Source of the DNA: a virus
IMG/VR virus record: IMGVR_UViG_3300002219_000599
Location: 101 to 64,100 of that record
Length of the DNA: 64,000 nt
Direction: 5' to 3' (one strand)
Shown here one piece after another: positions 1 to 10,340 of the stretch (the first letter of the stretch is position 1; the number at the start of each line of letters is the position of its first letter). The notes beneath the pieces were generated by a model. That model had not been told where the DNA came from and searched no databases. It worked only from the letters and a program-made list of their open reading frames with translations. The translations under genes were made by a program, and so were the position numbers.

Positions 1-2
1 AC

Positions 3-1484
3 AAGCTTGATGATGCTGCAGAAAAGTTCCTGAAGAAATATTACCCTGAAGCCCTGACAAAACCCATGGCGGTACCAGCCCGTGAAATAGCCAAGAGGAT
101 GGGGCTCAATATCCAGGAAGTACATATTACAAAGTATTGCTCTATATTTGGGCAGATGGTCTTCACAGACTGCGAACTCCAGCATTATGACAGCGGTGCA
201 AATGCCTATAAGCCGCTGCCTGTGAAAAGAGGCACAATCCTTGTGGATCCCAATGTCTTTTTCATGCGAAGCGTCGGGTCAATGAACAATACCATCATAC
301 ACGAGTGCGTCCACTGGGATCTCCACAGGAAGTTCTTTGAGCTAGAAAAGCTGTACAACAAAGATGCCAGATCCATAACTTGCCAAGTCCAGGAAGGCAC
401 AAGGCCCGAAAGAAACAGGACGCCGCTTGATTGGATGGAGTGGCATGCTAATCATATTGCTCCAAGAATACTGATGCCTGCAAGGCAGACATTGCAGAAA
501 ATTCTGGAGCTGATAGAAAAAAACAAGCGTGTTCTTCAGACTGACAATACAGCTGACATATTGGAATCCGTGGTATACGAACTTTCCGAGTTCTTTGAGG
601 TGTCGAGAATATCAGCCAAAATCCGGATGATCGACCTTGGGTATTCGGAAGCCATCGGAGTTTACACCTATATAGATGACCGCTATGTAGGGAATCATAC
701 ATTCGAAAAGTCGGCTTTGAAGCGCAATCAGACTTTCAGCATCGGTATTCAGGACGCTTTGCAAGAATATGCGATGAATCAAGAGTTCAGAAAAATTCTG
801 GATTCCGGAAAGTATATCTATGTCGATGCCCACTTCTGCATCAACGACTCCAAGTATGTGCGGCTTAATGACGAGGGATTTGCGGAACTTACTGATTACG
901 CCAGACAGCATATTGATGAATGTTGCCTGATTTTCGATGTGACTGCTAGACAGAACGACAGGTACGGTGCCCAATACTATAAGGAAGCTGTGCTGTTCAA
1001 AGATGCCATATCAGAGAAGATCGTCGAGCTTAAATATAGCGACTCGGAACGAAACAGGACAACTGAGGAAAGAGCCGAGGAGTTCAGAAAAATCGGCAGC
1101 GAGGCAAAACAGGTCGCCAGCATTGCAAGGACCCTGCCGCCAACATTTGCAGATACCCTAGCGGCTCACATGAAGCGACAGAAATGCACAGTGGAGAAAC
1201 TAGCTGAGAATTCACAGGTGGGAACAAAAACAATCCAGAGAATGAGAAATGATCTTAGTTATTCTACCTCACTTGGGAATGTAGTGGCCATCTGCATCGG
1301 GTTGCAGCTGCATCCGATATTCAGCATGGATTTGGTCGACAAGGCAGGATTCACCTTCAAGCTATATGATGAGGAGCACGTAATCTACCAGCTGCTTCTG
1401 AATACAAAGCATCATTCTTCCATCTATGAATGCAATGAGATATTGAGGGCGAATAACTGTAACACGATAGGCAAAGAAGAATAA
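3..1484 (+). CDS. ImmA/IrrE-family metallopeptidase fused to a C-terminal Xre-like HTH (5' truncated by window edge)
   Basis: HExxH motif IIHECVHW; EWHAN motif; C-terminal HTH-like segment TVEKLAENSQVGTKTIQRMRN; frame is open from position 3 (KLDDAAEKFLKKYYP...). Confidence 0.8.
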   Translation, partial: KLDDAAEKFLKKYYPEALTKPMAVPAREIAKRMGLNIQEVHITKYCSIFGQMVFTDCELQHYDSGANAYKPLPVKRGTILVDPNVFFMRSVGSMNNTIIHECVHWDLHRKFFELEKLYNKDARSITCQVQEGTRPERNRTPLDWMEWHANHIAPRILMPARQTLQKILELIEKNKRVLQTDNTADILESVVYELSEFFEVSRISAKIRMIDLGYSEAIGVYTYIDDRYVGNHTFEKSALKRNQTFSIGIQDALQEYAMNQEFRKILDSGKYIYVDAHFCINDSKYVRLNDEGFAELTDYARQHIDECCLIFDVTARQNDRYGAQYYKEAVLFKDAISEKIVELKYSDSERNRTTEERAEEFRKIGSEAKQVASIARTLPPTFADTLAAHMKRQKCTVEKLAENSQVGTKTIQRMRNDLSYSTSLGNVVAICIGLQLHPIFSMDLVDKAGFTFKLYDEEHVIYQLLLNTKHHSSIYECNEILRANNCNTIGKEE

Positions 1485-1506
1485 AAATCAAATAATTTCT
1501 TAAGCG

Positions 1507-1626
1507 ACCGGACATTTTTTGTCCGGTTATTTTTTTCTGGAATTCCAAGGCTCCTTATAAACTGCGATATAAATTCGTAGCTTGTAGGGGGCCTTTTTTG
1601 CGTTAAAAACGGACTTTTCATGTCCG
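1507..1626. promoter_or_regulatory. Two palindromic operator-like sites CGGAC-N7-GTCCG
   Basis: ACCGGACA-TTTTT-TGTCCGGT at 1507-1527 and CGGAC-TTTTCAT-GTCCG at 1610-1626, upstream of the early operon. Confidence 0.55.
1547..1599 (+). terminator. Intrinsic terminator after the IrrE-like gene
   Basis: Long imperfect stem AAGGCTCCTTATAAACTGCGA...TCGTAGCTTGTAGGGGGCCTT followed by a T run. Confidence 0.55.
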
Positions 1627-1779
1627 GGGCAAACCTGCGTTAGAACAGTAATATTAAGCCATGAGTTGGCCAACTCGTGGCATTTTTCTTTTCCTAAGTT
1701 TCGCTAAAAAGTTTTTCTTAATAGGAAAAGAACCTGCCGATTTAACTTTTAGTATTAAGCCACAGCGCAAGGGAAGGAG

Positions 1780-2115
1780 GTGAAGAAAGCGATGGGACCT
1801 AACGAGAGACGCCAGGAAATCATGGAAACACTCTGCCACAGAAGGCAGGAGACGATGGCAAATCTGGCGTTTGAGTTTGGAGTCAGTGTTCGGACCATAA
1901 GAAACGATATCGACTGCCTGTCGCTTTCTTACCCTCTGGAAACTATACGTGGGCGATATGGCGGAGGTGTCCGGGTTATGGATGGGTTCTATATGAACCG
2001 CAAGTATCTGAAACCCGAGCAGAAGGAATTGCTGGAACGGCTCGGCGCGCAGCTGTCCGGCAACGACCTCGCCATAATGAACAGTATTTTCAATGACTTT
2101 GCTCTGAACAAATAG
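1780..2115 (+). CDS. HTH (DeoR/HTH_11-like) DNA-binding protein
   Basis: LAFEFGVSVRTIRNDI followed by the GRYGG wing; RBS GGAAGGAG. Confidence 0.75.
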   Translation: MKKAMGPNERRQEIMETLCHRRQETMANLAFEFGVSVRTIRNDIDCLSLSYPLETIRGRYGGGVRVMDGFYMNRKYLKPEQKELLERLGAQLSGNDLAIMNSIFNDFALNK

Positions 2116-2143
2116 CACGGGATACACCCCCGAATTTGAAAGG

Positions 2144-2551
2144 ATGGTGAATGCAATGAAAAAGGTTTTTGTGTGCAGCCCCTACCGTGGGGACATCGAG
2201 AAGAACACCAAGAAGGCGGCGTACGCTGCCAGAATCATATGTGGTTGCGGTTATCTGCCTGTGGTGCCGCATCTCTATTTTCCTCAGTTCCTTGATGAGA
2301 ACGACCAACACGAGAGGATACAGGGAATCGAGCTCGGCATCGAGCTCATGAAGGACTGTGATCTGATATGGCTAATCGGCCCGGAAATAACGGCAGGAAT
2401 GGAATATGAACTTGAAGCCGCCAAAGAAATCCGCATCCCGGTCAGGATGTACGATGAGCAGCTTAGGCAGATAAGCCCCAAGACTTTGATCCTTGATGAG
2501 CGTGTGGATGTCCATTTCCGCAGCGTAGTCAAAGGGCTGAAATTTGAATGA
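2144..2551 (+). CDS. DUF4406-like (nucleoside deoxyribosyltransferase-like fold) phage protein
   Basis: VFVCSPYRGD, PHLYFPQFL and ITAGMEYEL motifs. Confidence 0.65.
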   Translation: MVNAMKKVFVCSPYRGDIEKNTKKAAYAARIICGCGYLPVVPHLYFPQFLDENDQHERIQGIELGIELMKDCDLIWLIGPEITAGMEYELEAAKEIRIPVRMYDEQLRQISPKTLILDERVDVHFRSVVKGLKFE

Positions 2552-2565
2552 AAGGATGGATTGTA

Positions 2566-2859
2566 ATGAGTGAAATTTATTTAACTTTAGCTGACGGGTT
2601 CGAAAAACTCGCAGCCGGATATCGAACCTTGGCGGCCTGTTCCACAGAAGGACAAACCACAGAGCAGCCGCCAGTTGCTGAAACAAAGCAGGAAAGCAAA
2701 ATAAGCATCGAGGATGTAAGGGCGGTTCTTGCCGAAAAGAGCCAGCAAGGCAAAACCCGTGAGGTAAAGGCTCTGCTGATGAAATACGATGCGGGAAAGC
2801 TCTCCGGTGTTAAGCCGGAGGATTACGAAGCTCTCCTCAAGGAAGCCGAGGTGCTTTAA
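2566..2859 (+). CDS. Conserved phage hypothetical protein
   Basis: C-terminal ISIEDVRAVLAEKS...KYDAGKLSGVKPEDYEALL, typical of the gene preceding DUF2800. Confidence 0.7.
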   Translation: MSEIYLTLADGFEKLAAGYRTLAACSTEGQTTEQPPVAETKQESKISIEDVRAVLAEKSQQGKTREVKALLMKYDAGKLSGVKPEDYEALLKEAEVL

Positions 2860-3986
2860 TGGGTGGACATGCTAGGTTTTCTCCATCGGCGGCAAACCGC
2901 CGCTTGAACTGTCCTCCGTCTTTGGTGCTTGAGGAGCAATTCGCAGACGAGGAGTCCCGATATGCGGCAGAGGGTTCTGCCGGACATGCTATGGCAGAGT
3001 ACCTTATCAAAAAGCACCTCAAACAAAGAAGCAGACGACCTGTGTCCGATTATTACTCGGACGAGCTACTCGAAGCCGTGGATGAATATGTGTCTTTTGT
3101 CATAGGCGAGATCGAGGAAGCAAAGTGCATCTGCAGCAGCCCAATATTCACTGTCGAACAACGGGTGGATGCTTCGGAGTATGTGGATGAATGCTTCGGT
3201 ACTGCGGATATGGTGATTGTCACAGACAAGGTGGCACACATAATTGACCTTAAGATGGGAAAAGGTGTGGCCGTTTACGCTGAAGGGAATCCTCAGCTAA
3301 TGATATACGGACTCGGCATCCTTGGAATGGCAGAAATGCTCTACGATGTGGAAACCGTAAGGCTTACAATCTTTCAGCCGCGTTTGAACAATTCAAGCAC
3401 TTGGGATATCACCCCGGAAGCTTTGAAGGCTTGGGGCGAGGAAGTGCTAAAGCCCAGAGGCACTATGGCGCTGATGGGAGCCGGTGAATTCAATGCCGGT
3501 AGCTGGTGCCGCTTCTGCAAGGCGAGAAACCAGTGCAGGGCAAGAGCTGAAGAGTTCCTCACCATAGCGAAGATGGAGTTTCGGCAACCGGCCCTTCTCT
3601 CAGACGAAGAGATCGCAGAGGTGCTGAAAGTATCAGATGAGCTGGCTAAGTGGGCGGCCGATGTCTATGCCTTCGCCCAGGATCAGGCTATCGTCCACGG
3701 CAAAGAGTGGAAAGGATTCAAGCTGGTGGAAGGTCGAAGCAACCGCAAATACACAAGTGAGGATGAAGTAGCGGAAGCCGCCACGGGAGCTGGATACACA
3801 GACATTTATAAACGCTCGTTGGTTACCATCACAGAGATGGAACGGCTTATGGGCAAACAGGAATTCACCCGTATTCTCGGCCATTTGGTGTACAAGCCTC
3901 AAGGCAAGGTCACCTTGGTGCCGGATTCAGATAAAAGAGATGCAATCAATAGAACTACCGCTGCGGCGGAATTTCAGGAGGTTTAA
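2859..3986 (+). CDS. DUF2800 family PD-(D/E)xK (Cas4-like) phage nuclease
   Basis: HARFSPSAA, FGTAD, IIDLK, QLMIYGLG and WCRFCKA motifs. Confidence 0.85.
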   Translation: MGGHARFSPSAANRRLNCPPSLVLEEQFADEESRYAAEGSAGHAMAEYLIKKHLKQRSRRPVSDYYSDELLEAVDEYVSFVIGEIEEAKCICSSPIFTVEQRVDASEYVDECFGTADMVIVTDKVAHIIDLKMGKGVAVYAEGNPQLMIYGLGILGMAEMLYDVETVRLTIFQPRLNNSSTWDITPEALKAWGEEVLKPRGTMALMGAGEFNAGSWCRFCKARNQCRARAEEFLTIAKMEFRQPALLSDEEIAEVLKVSDELAKWAADVYAFAQDQAIVHGKEWKGFKLVEGRSNRKYTSEDEVAEAATGAGYTDIYKRSLVTITEMERLMGKQEFTRILGHLVYKPQGKVTLVPDSDKRDAINRTTAAAEFQEV

Positions 3987-3988
3987 TT

Positions 3989-4531
3989 ATGAACAAGAAT
4001 ATATCTGCAACTAAGGTTATCGTACCGTGCCGTTTTTCCTATCTTCACTGCTGGGAGCCAGACTCCGTAAACGGGGGCGATCCAAAATACAGCGTTTCGG
4101 CAATTGTGCCAAAGAGTGATACCAAGACCGTTGAAGCAATCAAGGCTGCTATCGAACAGGCCAAAAAGGACTCTGCCTCCAAGTGGGGAGGCAAGATACC
4201 CGCCAACCTCAAGACTCCGCTTCGTGACGGCGATATCGACCGTCCGGATGACGAAGCATACAAAGGCTGCTATTTCTTCAATGCCAACAGCCGACAGGCC
4301 CCACAGGTGGTGGACGGCAAAGTGCAGCCAATCCTTGACCAAAGCGAAGTGTACTCCGGCTGCTACGGCCGTGTCAGCGTAACCTTCTACGGATACAACT
4401 CCAACGGCAACCGCGGCGTTGCGGCGGGTCTTGGGAACATCCAGAAACTCAAGGACGGCGAAACGCTTGGAGGACGATCAAGGGCAACCGATGATTTCGA
4501 CACTGCGGAAGATGAGGATTTCCTCGGCTAA
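3989..4531 (+). CDS. DUF2815 family ssDNA-binding protein
   Basis: PLRDGD, VYSGCYGR and GNRGVAAGLGNIQK motifs; acidic C-terminal tail. Confidence 0.85.
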   Translation: MNKNISATKVIVPCRFSYLHCWEPDSVNGGDPKYSVSAIVPKSDTKTVEAIKAAIEQAKKDSASKWGGKIPANLKTPLRDGDIDRPDDEAYKGCYFFNANSRQAPQVVDGKVQPILDQSEVYSGCYGRVSVTFYGYNSNGNRGVAAGLGNIQKLKDGETLGGRSRATDDFDTAEDEDFLG

Positions 4532-4586
4532 GAAATACTGCGGGCGGTGGGCAACTGCCGCCCTTTACATACAAGGAGAGGATGCA

Positions 4587-6521
4587 ATGTATTTATCAAT
4601 AGATATTGAGACTTATTCGGATGTGGATTTGACGAAATGCGGCGTTTACGCCTATGTTGACAGTCCCAACTTTACAATTCTGCTCTTCGCCTACGCATTC
4701 GATGATGAAGAAACGAAAATAGTGGACCTGGCATGCGGGGAGGAGCTTCCCGTAGAAGTCCTTGAGGCGCTAACCGAAGAGAGCGTCATAAAGACAGCTT
4801 TCAACGCGGCGTTCGAAAGGACCTGTCTTTCAAGATACCTGAACACACCTCTTTCACCGGATTCCTGGCAATGCACAGCGGTCCAGTCGGCTATGCTTGC
4901 ACTTCCTCTGTCGCTTGAAGGCGTGGGCGAGGTTTTGGATATTCAGCAAAAAAAGCTGAAGGAGGGAACTGACCTGGTCAGGTATTTCTCCATCCCATGC
5001 AAGCCCACCAAGACAAACGAGGGAAGGACCAGAAACCTGCCTGAACACGCGCCTGAAAAATGGGAGATGTTCAAAAGCTACTGCATCCGAGATGTGGATG
5101 CGGAACGGGAGATAAGGTGGAAACTCAGGAATTTTCAGATTCCCGACAGCGAGATGGAACTCTACAGGCTCGATCAGGAAATCAACGACAGAGGCATCCT
5201 GGTAGACCGCGACCTGGTAGCCCACGCAGTTGAGTGCGATCTCCGGTACAAGGATATGGCGACTAAGCAGGCTTATGAGCTGACGGGGCTTAACAATCCC
5301 AACTCTGTCACCCAAATCAAGGAATGGCTTATGGACAGAGGTGTCGAGGTGGAGAGCCTTGATAAAAAATCGGTCAAGGGGCTTCTTTCAGAAACGGACG
5401 GAGAAGTTCTGGAAGTCTTGAAGCTCCGTCTCCTGATGGCAAAAACCTCAGTCAAGAAATACGAAGCCATTGAGCGCTCCGTCTGCTCGGATGGGAGGGT
5501 CCACGGTCTGCTTCAATTCTATGGGGCGAACCGCACAGGACGTTGGGCAGGAAGGCTTGTCCAGGTTCAGAATCTGCCACAGAACCATCTGGCGGATTTG
5601 GCTCTTGCCAGAAGCCTTATAAAACAAGGTCGGTATGAGGATGTGGATTTGCTCTTTGACTCCGTTCCAGGCGTGTTGTCGGAACTGATTCGGACCGCCT
5701 TTGTGCCAAAGCCTGGTACCCGTTTTATCGTAGCGGACTTTTCTGCAATTGAAGCAAGAGTGCTGGCCTGGTTCTCTGGTGAGAAATGGCGTCTTGATGT
5801 GTTTGCCAGCCACGGCAAGATCTATGAGGCATCGGCATCCGCCATGTTCGGTGTTCCCATTGAAGAAATAACAAAAGGGAGCCCGCTCAGGCAAAAGGGA
5901 AAAATCGCAGAACTGGCTTTGGGCTACGGTGGATCAGTAGGAGCTTTAACCTCAATGGGTGCATTGGACATGGGTTTGACTGAAGAAGAACTGCCCATAC
6001 TGGTCAATCAGTGGAGAAGCGCGAATCCCCACATTACAAAGTTCTGGTGGGATGTAGATGCAGCCGCCACCACGGCTGTCCGTGAAAAGAAGGAAAAGGT
6101 CGTCGGCAAGGTGTGTTTTTCTTACAAGTCCGGCATCCTGTTTGTCACACTGCCCTCCTGCAGAAAGCTATCTTATATCAAGCCGAGACTCGAAACCAAC
6201 AAGTTTGGCCGTGAGGGCCTGACTTATGAGGGGATTGGCGAAAGCAAAAAATGGATGAGGATTGAAACCTATGGGCCGAAGTTGGTCGAGAACATCGTTC
6301 AGGCAACAAGCCGTGACCTTTTGGCGCTTGCCATGCTCAGGCTCCGCAACAGCGGGTTTGAAATTGTGATGCACATTCATGATGAAGCTGTGCTGGAGGT
6401 TCCAGAAGGATATTCAAGTGTTGAAGATATATGCAGGATAATGTCGGTCGCTCCTGACTGGGCAGCAGGGCTGCCACTAAGAGCTGATGGTTACGAATGT
6501 GATTTCTATAAAAAAGATTAG
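4587..6521 (+). CDS. Phage family A DNA polymerase
   Basis: Exonuclease DIET; ADFSAIEAR (motif A), RQKGKIAELALGYG (motif B), HIHDE (motif C); RBS AAGGAG before ATG 4587. Confidence 0.93.
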   Translation: MYLSIDIETYSDVDLTKCGVYAYVDSPNFTILLFAYAFDDEETKIVDLACGEELPVEVLEALTEESVIKTAFNAAFERTCLSRYLNTPLSPDSWQCTAVQSAMLALPLSLEGVGEVLDIQQKKLKEGTDLVRYFSIPCKPTKTNEGRTRNLPEHAPEKWEMFKSYCIRDVDAEREIRWKLRNFQIPDSEMELYRLDQEINDRGILVDRDLVAHAVECDLRYKDMATKQAYELTGLNNPNSVTQIKEWLMDRGVEVESLDKKSVKGLLSETDGEVLEVLKLRLLMAKTSVKKYEAIERSVCSDGRVHGLLQFYGANRTGRWAGRLVQVQNLPQNHLADLALARSLIKQGRYEDVDLLFDSVPGVLSELIRTAFVPKPGTRFIVADFSAIEARVLAWFSGEKWRLDVFASHGKIYEASASAMFGVPIEEITKGSPLRQKGKIAELALGYGGSVGALTSMGALDMGLTEEELPILVNQWRSANPHITKFWWDVDAAATTAVREKKEKVVGKVCFSYKSGILFVTLPSCRKLSYIKPRLETNKFGREGLTYEGIGESKKWMRIETYGPKLVENIVQATSRDLLALAMLRLRNSGFEIVMHIHDEAVLEVPEGYSSVEDICRIMSVAPDWAAGLPLRADGYECDFYKKD

Positions 6522-6535
6522 GAGGATGAAAAATT

Positions 6536-7318
6536 ATGAGTAATATTAAGATTTTCAAAAATATCGAGTTTGGTGAGATTAGAACACTGGAACAGGATGG
6601 CAAGCCACTATTCTGCGGCAGCGATGTGGCAAAGGCGCTTGGCTATGCCAAGCCACAGAATGCTATCGATGCACATTGCAGGTATGCCCTAAAACGAGGC
6701 ATACCGCATCCACAATCGCCTGAGAAAACAATTGAAATGCTCTTTATTCCCGAGGGTGACCTTTACCGTTTGATTGTTAACAGTAAATTGCCATCTGCAG
6801 AAAAGTTTGAACGATGGGTTTTTGATGATGTTATCCCAACTGTCAGAAAGCACGGCCTTTATGCCAAAGAGGAGCTACTGAATGATCCGGACCTCTTTAT
6901 ATCCGCCCTTCAGGAATTGAAGGCAGAAAAAGAGAGAATCAAACTTCTGGAGCTTGAGAATGCGCAAAGCAGGCAGATCATTTGCGAACTGCAGCCGAAA
7001 GCCAGCTACTACGATTTGATTTTACAGAATAAGAGTGTTATCCCTGTCAGCCAAATTGCGAAAGATTACGGAATGTCCGGTAAGGCATTTAATAAGATGC
7101 TTCACGACCTTGGTGTTCAGTTCAAGCAGTGTAACACATGGCTCTTATACCAAAATTATGCCGACCAAGGTTACACCCAGTCCAAGACATATGCCATTGA
7201 TGCTGAACGAAGTGCAATGCACACCTACTGGACGCAGAAGGGCAGATTGTTCCTTTACGACTTGCTGAAAAATGAGTGCGGCTTGTTGCCAGTCATTGAA
7301 CGCAGGCTAAGCGCATAG
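6536..7318 (+). CDS. Phage antirepressor (BRO-N plus KilAC domain)
   Basis: FGEIRT...DVAKALGY...AEKFERWVFDDVIPTVRKHG; C-terminal IAKDYGMSG...TYWTQKGRLF. Confidence 0.85.
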   Translation: MSNIKIFKNIEFGEIRTLEQDGKPLFCGSDVAKALGYAKPQNAIDAHCRYALKRGIPHPQSPEKTIEMLFIPEGDLYRLIVNSKLPSAEKFERWVFDDVIPTVRKHGLYAKEELLNDPDLFISALQELKAEKERIKLLELENAQSRQIICELQPKASYYDLILQNKSVIPVSQIAKDYGMSGKAFNKMLHDLGVQFKQCNTWLLYQNYADQGYTQSKTYAIDAERSAMHTYWTQKGRLFLYDLLKNECGLLPVIERRLSA

Positions 7319-7332
7319 GGGGGTGTGTTTCT

Positions 7333-7743
7333 TTGGGAATCAGCAAATATAACGCGGAAGGTTACTATGATCCGACCGCATATGAAGGCATCCGCAATGC
7401 AGAAGCGGATGCCAGAAAACTTAAGATAAAGTATCCCACAGGATATATGGAGCTGAACCTTGATTACTTTTTCCCCTGTACTCTGGACAAAGCCAGGAAG
7501 GTCTTTTCTCTGATTCACAGATATTCATCGGAAGCGGATAAGGACAGACTGATTGCATTCCTTTATGGGCTGGAGAGCAGATATGTAGCCCAGATGCAGG
7601 AGTATGCCGATAAGGCAATGTACCATCCGGAGAAATCAGATGAATATCGCGAGTACACGACAAGGTTTAAGGAAGCAAGGAGGCTTCGTCAGCGAACCGT
7701 AAGAAATATTGAACTCTTTACCGCAGGGAGGGAATGCAGATGA
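7333..7743 (+). CDS. Phage hypothetical protein
   Basis: KYNAEGYYDPTAYE N-terminal motif common in this phage group; stop overlaps the start of the VirE gene. Confidence 0.65.
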   Translation: MGISKYNAEGYYDPTAYEGIRNAEADARKLKIKYPTGYMELNLDYFFPCTLDKARKVFSLIHRYSSEADKDRLIAFLYGLESRYVAQMQEYADKAMYHPEKSDEYREYTTRFKEARRLRQRTVRNIELFTAGRECR

Positions 7744-10127
7744 AAATAAGGCTTTGTACGGGCAATTCCCGTATGGACAAACAGTGGAACCTGACGGAAA
7801 TGGAGCTGGACGAGTTCCGCGACCGCATATCCACCACTCACAGAACCGCCGAAACCGTTGAGCAGTATAGAAAACTATCCAAGGCAAAACAGGATGACAT
7901 AAAGGATGTGGGCGGGTTTGTCCTTGGAACCTTAAAAGAAGGTAGACGAAAAAAGGACTGTGTCCTGACCCGCTCTGGGCTATGCCTGGATATGGACTAC
8001 GCACTGCCTGACACCATCGAACAGATCGAGATGTTCTTTTCCTTCAAATGCTATTTCTACTCAACCCATAAGCACACAGCAGAAAAACCGCGATTACGCC
8101 TTATTATCCCGCTTGCCCGTGAGGCATCGCCTGAAGAATACTCTGCGATAGCGAGAAAGGTAGCTGAGGAAATCGGAATTGAGCTCTTCGACGACACCAC
8201 CTATGAACCGAGCCGGTTGATGTACTGGCCTTCTACCTCAGTTGACGGAGAGTTCGTATTCCGTGAGATAGACGGAGATCTCCTTGACCCCGATACAGTC
8301 CTTGCCAAATATAAAGATTGGCACAATTCAGCAGAATGGCCTGTTTCAAAAAGGCAGCAGACTGTGGTGCAACGTGAGGTCAAGAAACAGGCTAACCCTC
8401 TTGAAAAGCCCGGAATGGTAGGTGCCTTCTGCCGTACTTACTCAGTAACGGATGCCATAGATACTTTCATTGCTGATGTATATCGCAATAGTGAGATGAC
8501 CGGTCGCTATGACTATATCCCTGCTGACTCCCAGGCGGGTGTAGTTATTTATGAAGATAAATATGCATACAGCCATCATGCTACCGATCCTGCTTGCGGG
8601 CATCTCATGAATGCCTTTGATTTGGTGCGAATCCATAAGTTCGGTGGTCTGGATGCCAGAGCGGACGAGGACACAGAATCCTCCAAGCTGCCATCCTTCA
8701 AAGCCATGCAGGAATTTGTCGTTGATGACGAAAAGGTGAAGCTGCGCCTTGCAAAAGAGCGCGAGAGTCAGGCTATGGCGGAGTTTGATGCAGTGGATGA
8801 AGAAAACTGGCAGACCCTTCTGGAGCTGGACAAACAGGGGAGGGTTAAAGATACCCTGACTAATATTGCTAATATTATCCGCTATGACAACAACCTCAAA
8901 CCAATAGTCTACAACGAGTTCAAAAGTATGCTTGATGTGATTGGAGAACTGCCGTGGAGCCAAGTTCGTCCCGGTTGGGGTGATGCAGACCTTGCCTGCG
9001 CAAAAGTGTACTTTGAGAGGGTGTACGGGATCTGGTCACCTACTAAATTTAAGGATGCGCTACTAGCGGTGTCATCTGCAGAACGCACCTACCATCCAAT
9101 TAAGGAATATCTGGCAACCCTCACATGGGATGGGGAGGAACGTATTGACACTTTACTTATAGATTATCTCGGTGCAGACGATACCGCATTCGTCAGAGCA
9201 GTTACAAGAAAGACACTTTGTGCCGCTGTTGCCCGTGTATATGAGCCCGGCATCAAGTACGACTCCATCCTTGTTCTTAATGGTCCGCAGGGAGTTGGCA
9301 AGTCCACACTCTTTGCTCTTCTTGGACGGCAGTGGTACTCGGACAGTCTGTCCATTTCGGATATGAAGGATAAGACTGCAGCTGAGAAATTGCAGGGCTA
9401 TTGGATTCTGGAGCTTGGAGAGTTGGCGGGCATCAAGAAGGTGGATGTGGAGACAGTCAAATCCTTCATCAGCCGCACAGACGATAAATTCCGTCAGTCC
9501 TATGGTGTCAATGTAGAAAGTCATCCAAGAACCAACATCATCGTAGGTTCAACAAACGCAGAGAGCGGCTTCCTCCGTGACATCACGGGAAACAGACGTT
9601 TCTGGCCCGTGCATGTTACGGGCAGTGGGAAATATAATGCCTGGGACTTAACTGAGGTCGACCAGGTTTGGGCTGAGGCCATTGTGAAGTATCGTGCCGG
9701 AGAGGAGCTGTTCCTTAAAGGCGAAGTGGCAGCTCAAGCTTATGTTGCTCAGCAACAGGCAATGGAGTCCGATGACCGTGAGGGCATTGTAACTGATTAC
9801 CTTGATCATCTGCTTCCAGAGAACTGGGATGGCATGGATCTTTATCAGAGAAGGAGCTTTCTGGGCGGTAGCGAGTTTGACGGTGCAGCTACAGCAGGGA
9901 CTATCAGCCGCGACAAGGTCTGCGTGATGGAAATCTGGTGTGAATGCTTCGGCAAGGAGCGCCAGAACCTTAAACGCACCGATTCTTATGAAATCGAAGG
10001 CATTTTGACTCGTATCGGGGGGTGGCAGAAACTGACCTCAAACAAAACCGGAAAGACCTATTACCCCCTTTACGGTCCGCAGAAGACCTTCGTCAGAGAA
10101 AAGCAAGGCATGAAATCGGAGAGTTAG
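7740..10127 (+). CDS. Virulence-associated E (VirE/VapE) primase-helicase
   Basis: N-terminal primase-like LDMD and STHKH motifs; Walker A GPQGVGKS; GSTN...FLRDITGNRRFWPV. Confidence 0.88.
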   Translation: MKIRLCTGNSRMDKQWNLTEMELDEFRDRISTTHRTAETVEQYRKLSKAKQDDIKDVGGFVLGTLKEGRRKKDCVLTRSGLCLDMDYALPDTIEQIEMFFSFKCYFYSTHKHTAEKPRLRLIIPLAREASPEEYSAIARKVAEEIGIELFDDTTYEPSRLMYWPSTSVDGEFVFREIDGDLLDPDTVLAKYKDWHNSAEWPVSKRQQTVVQREVKKQANPLEKPGMVGAFCRTYSVTDAIDTFIADVYRNSEMTGRYDYIPADSQAGVVIYEDKYAYSHHATDPACGHLMNAFDLVRIHKFGGLDARADEDTESSKLPSFKAMQEFVVDDEKVKLRLAKERESQAMAEFDAVDEENWQTLLELDKQGRVKDTLTNIANIIRYDNNLKPIVYNEFKSMLDVIGELPWSQVRPGWGDADLACAKVYFERVYGIWSPTKFKDALLAVSSAERTYHPIKEYLATLTWDGEERIDTLLIDYLGADDTAFVRAVTRKTLCAAVARVYEPGIKYDSILVLNGPQGVGKSTLFALLGRQWYSDSLSISDMKDKTAAEKLQGYWILELGELAGIKKVDVETVKSFISRTDDKFRQSYGVNVESHPRTNIIVGSTNAESGFLRDITGNRRFWPVHVTGSGKYNAWDLTEVDQVWAEAIVKYRAGEELFLKGEVAAQAYVAQQQAMESDDREGIVTDYLDHLLPENWDGMDLYQRRSFLGGSEFDGAATAGTISRDKVCVMEIWCECFGKERQNLKRTDSYEIEGILTRIGGWQKLTSNKTGKTYYPLYGPQKTFVREKQGMKSES

Positions 10128-10340
10128 GCACATGCCTATCGTTCCGTAAAAAAACGTCGGCACGTAGAAAGGCACAGCCGAAAACGGTAGTAAAACAGGT
10201 TGGTTTGGAGGGTTTGTGCCTATCGTGCCTATAAAAAACCATAATGAGCAATAAAAATATATTAAATAAAGGAAATAGGCACGTGTATGTATGCGTACGC
10301 GCGTATAGAAGTTTTTATCTTAGGCACGAAACATAGGCAC
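10125..10340. repeat. Cluster of (TA)GGCAC repeats in both orientations; putative phage replication origin
   Basis: TAGGCAC at 10125, 10276, 10321 and 10334; GGCAC at 10159 and 10171; GTGCCTA at 10216 and 10225; AT-rich tract about 10232-10275. Confidence 0.6.

Noticed and set aside
2859..3986. Cas4-like nuclease suggesting a CRISPR system
   Set aside because: It is the usual DUF2800 gene in a phage replication module; no repeat-spacer array or other cas genes seen in the window
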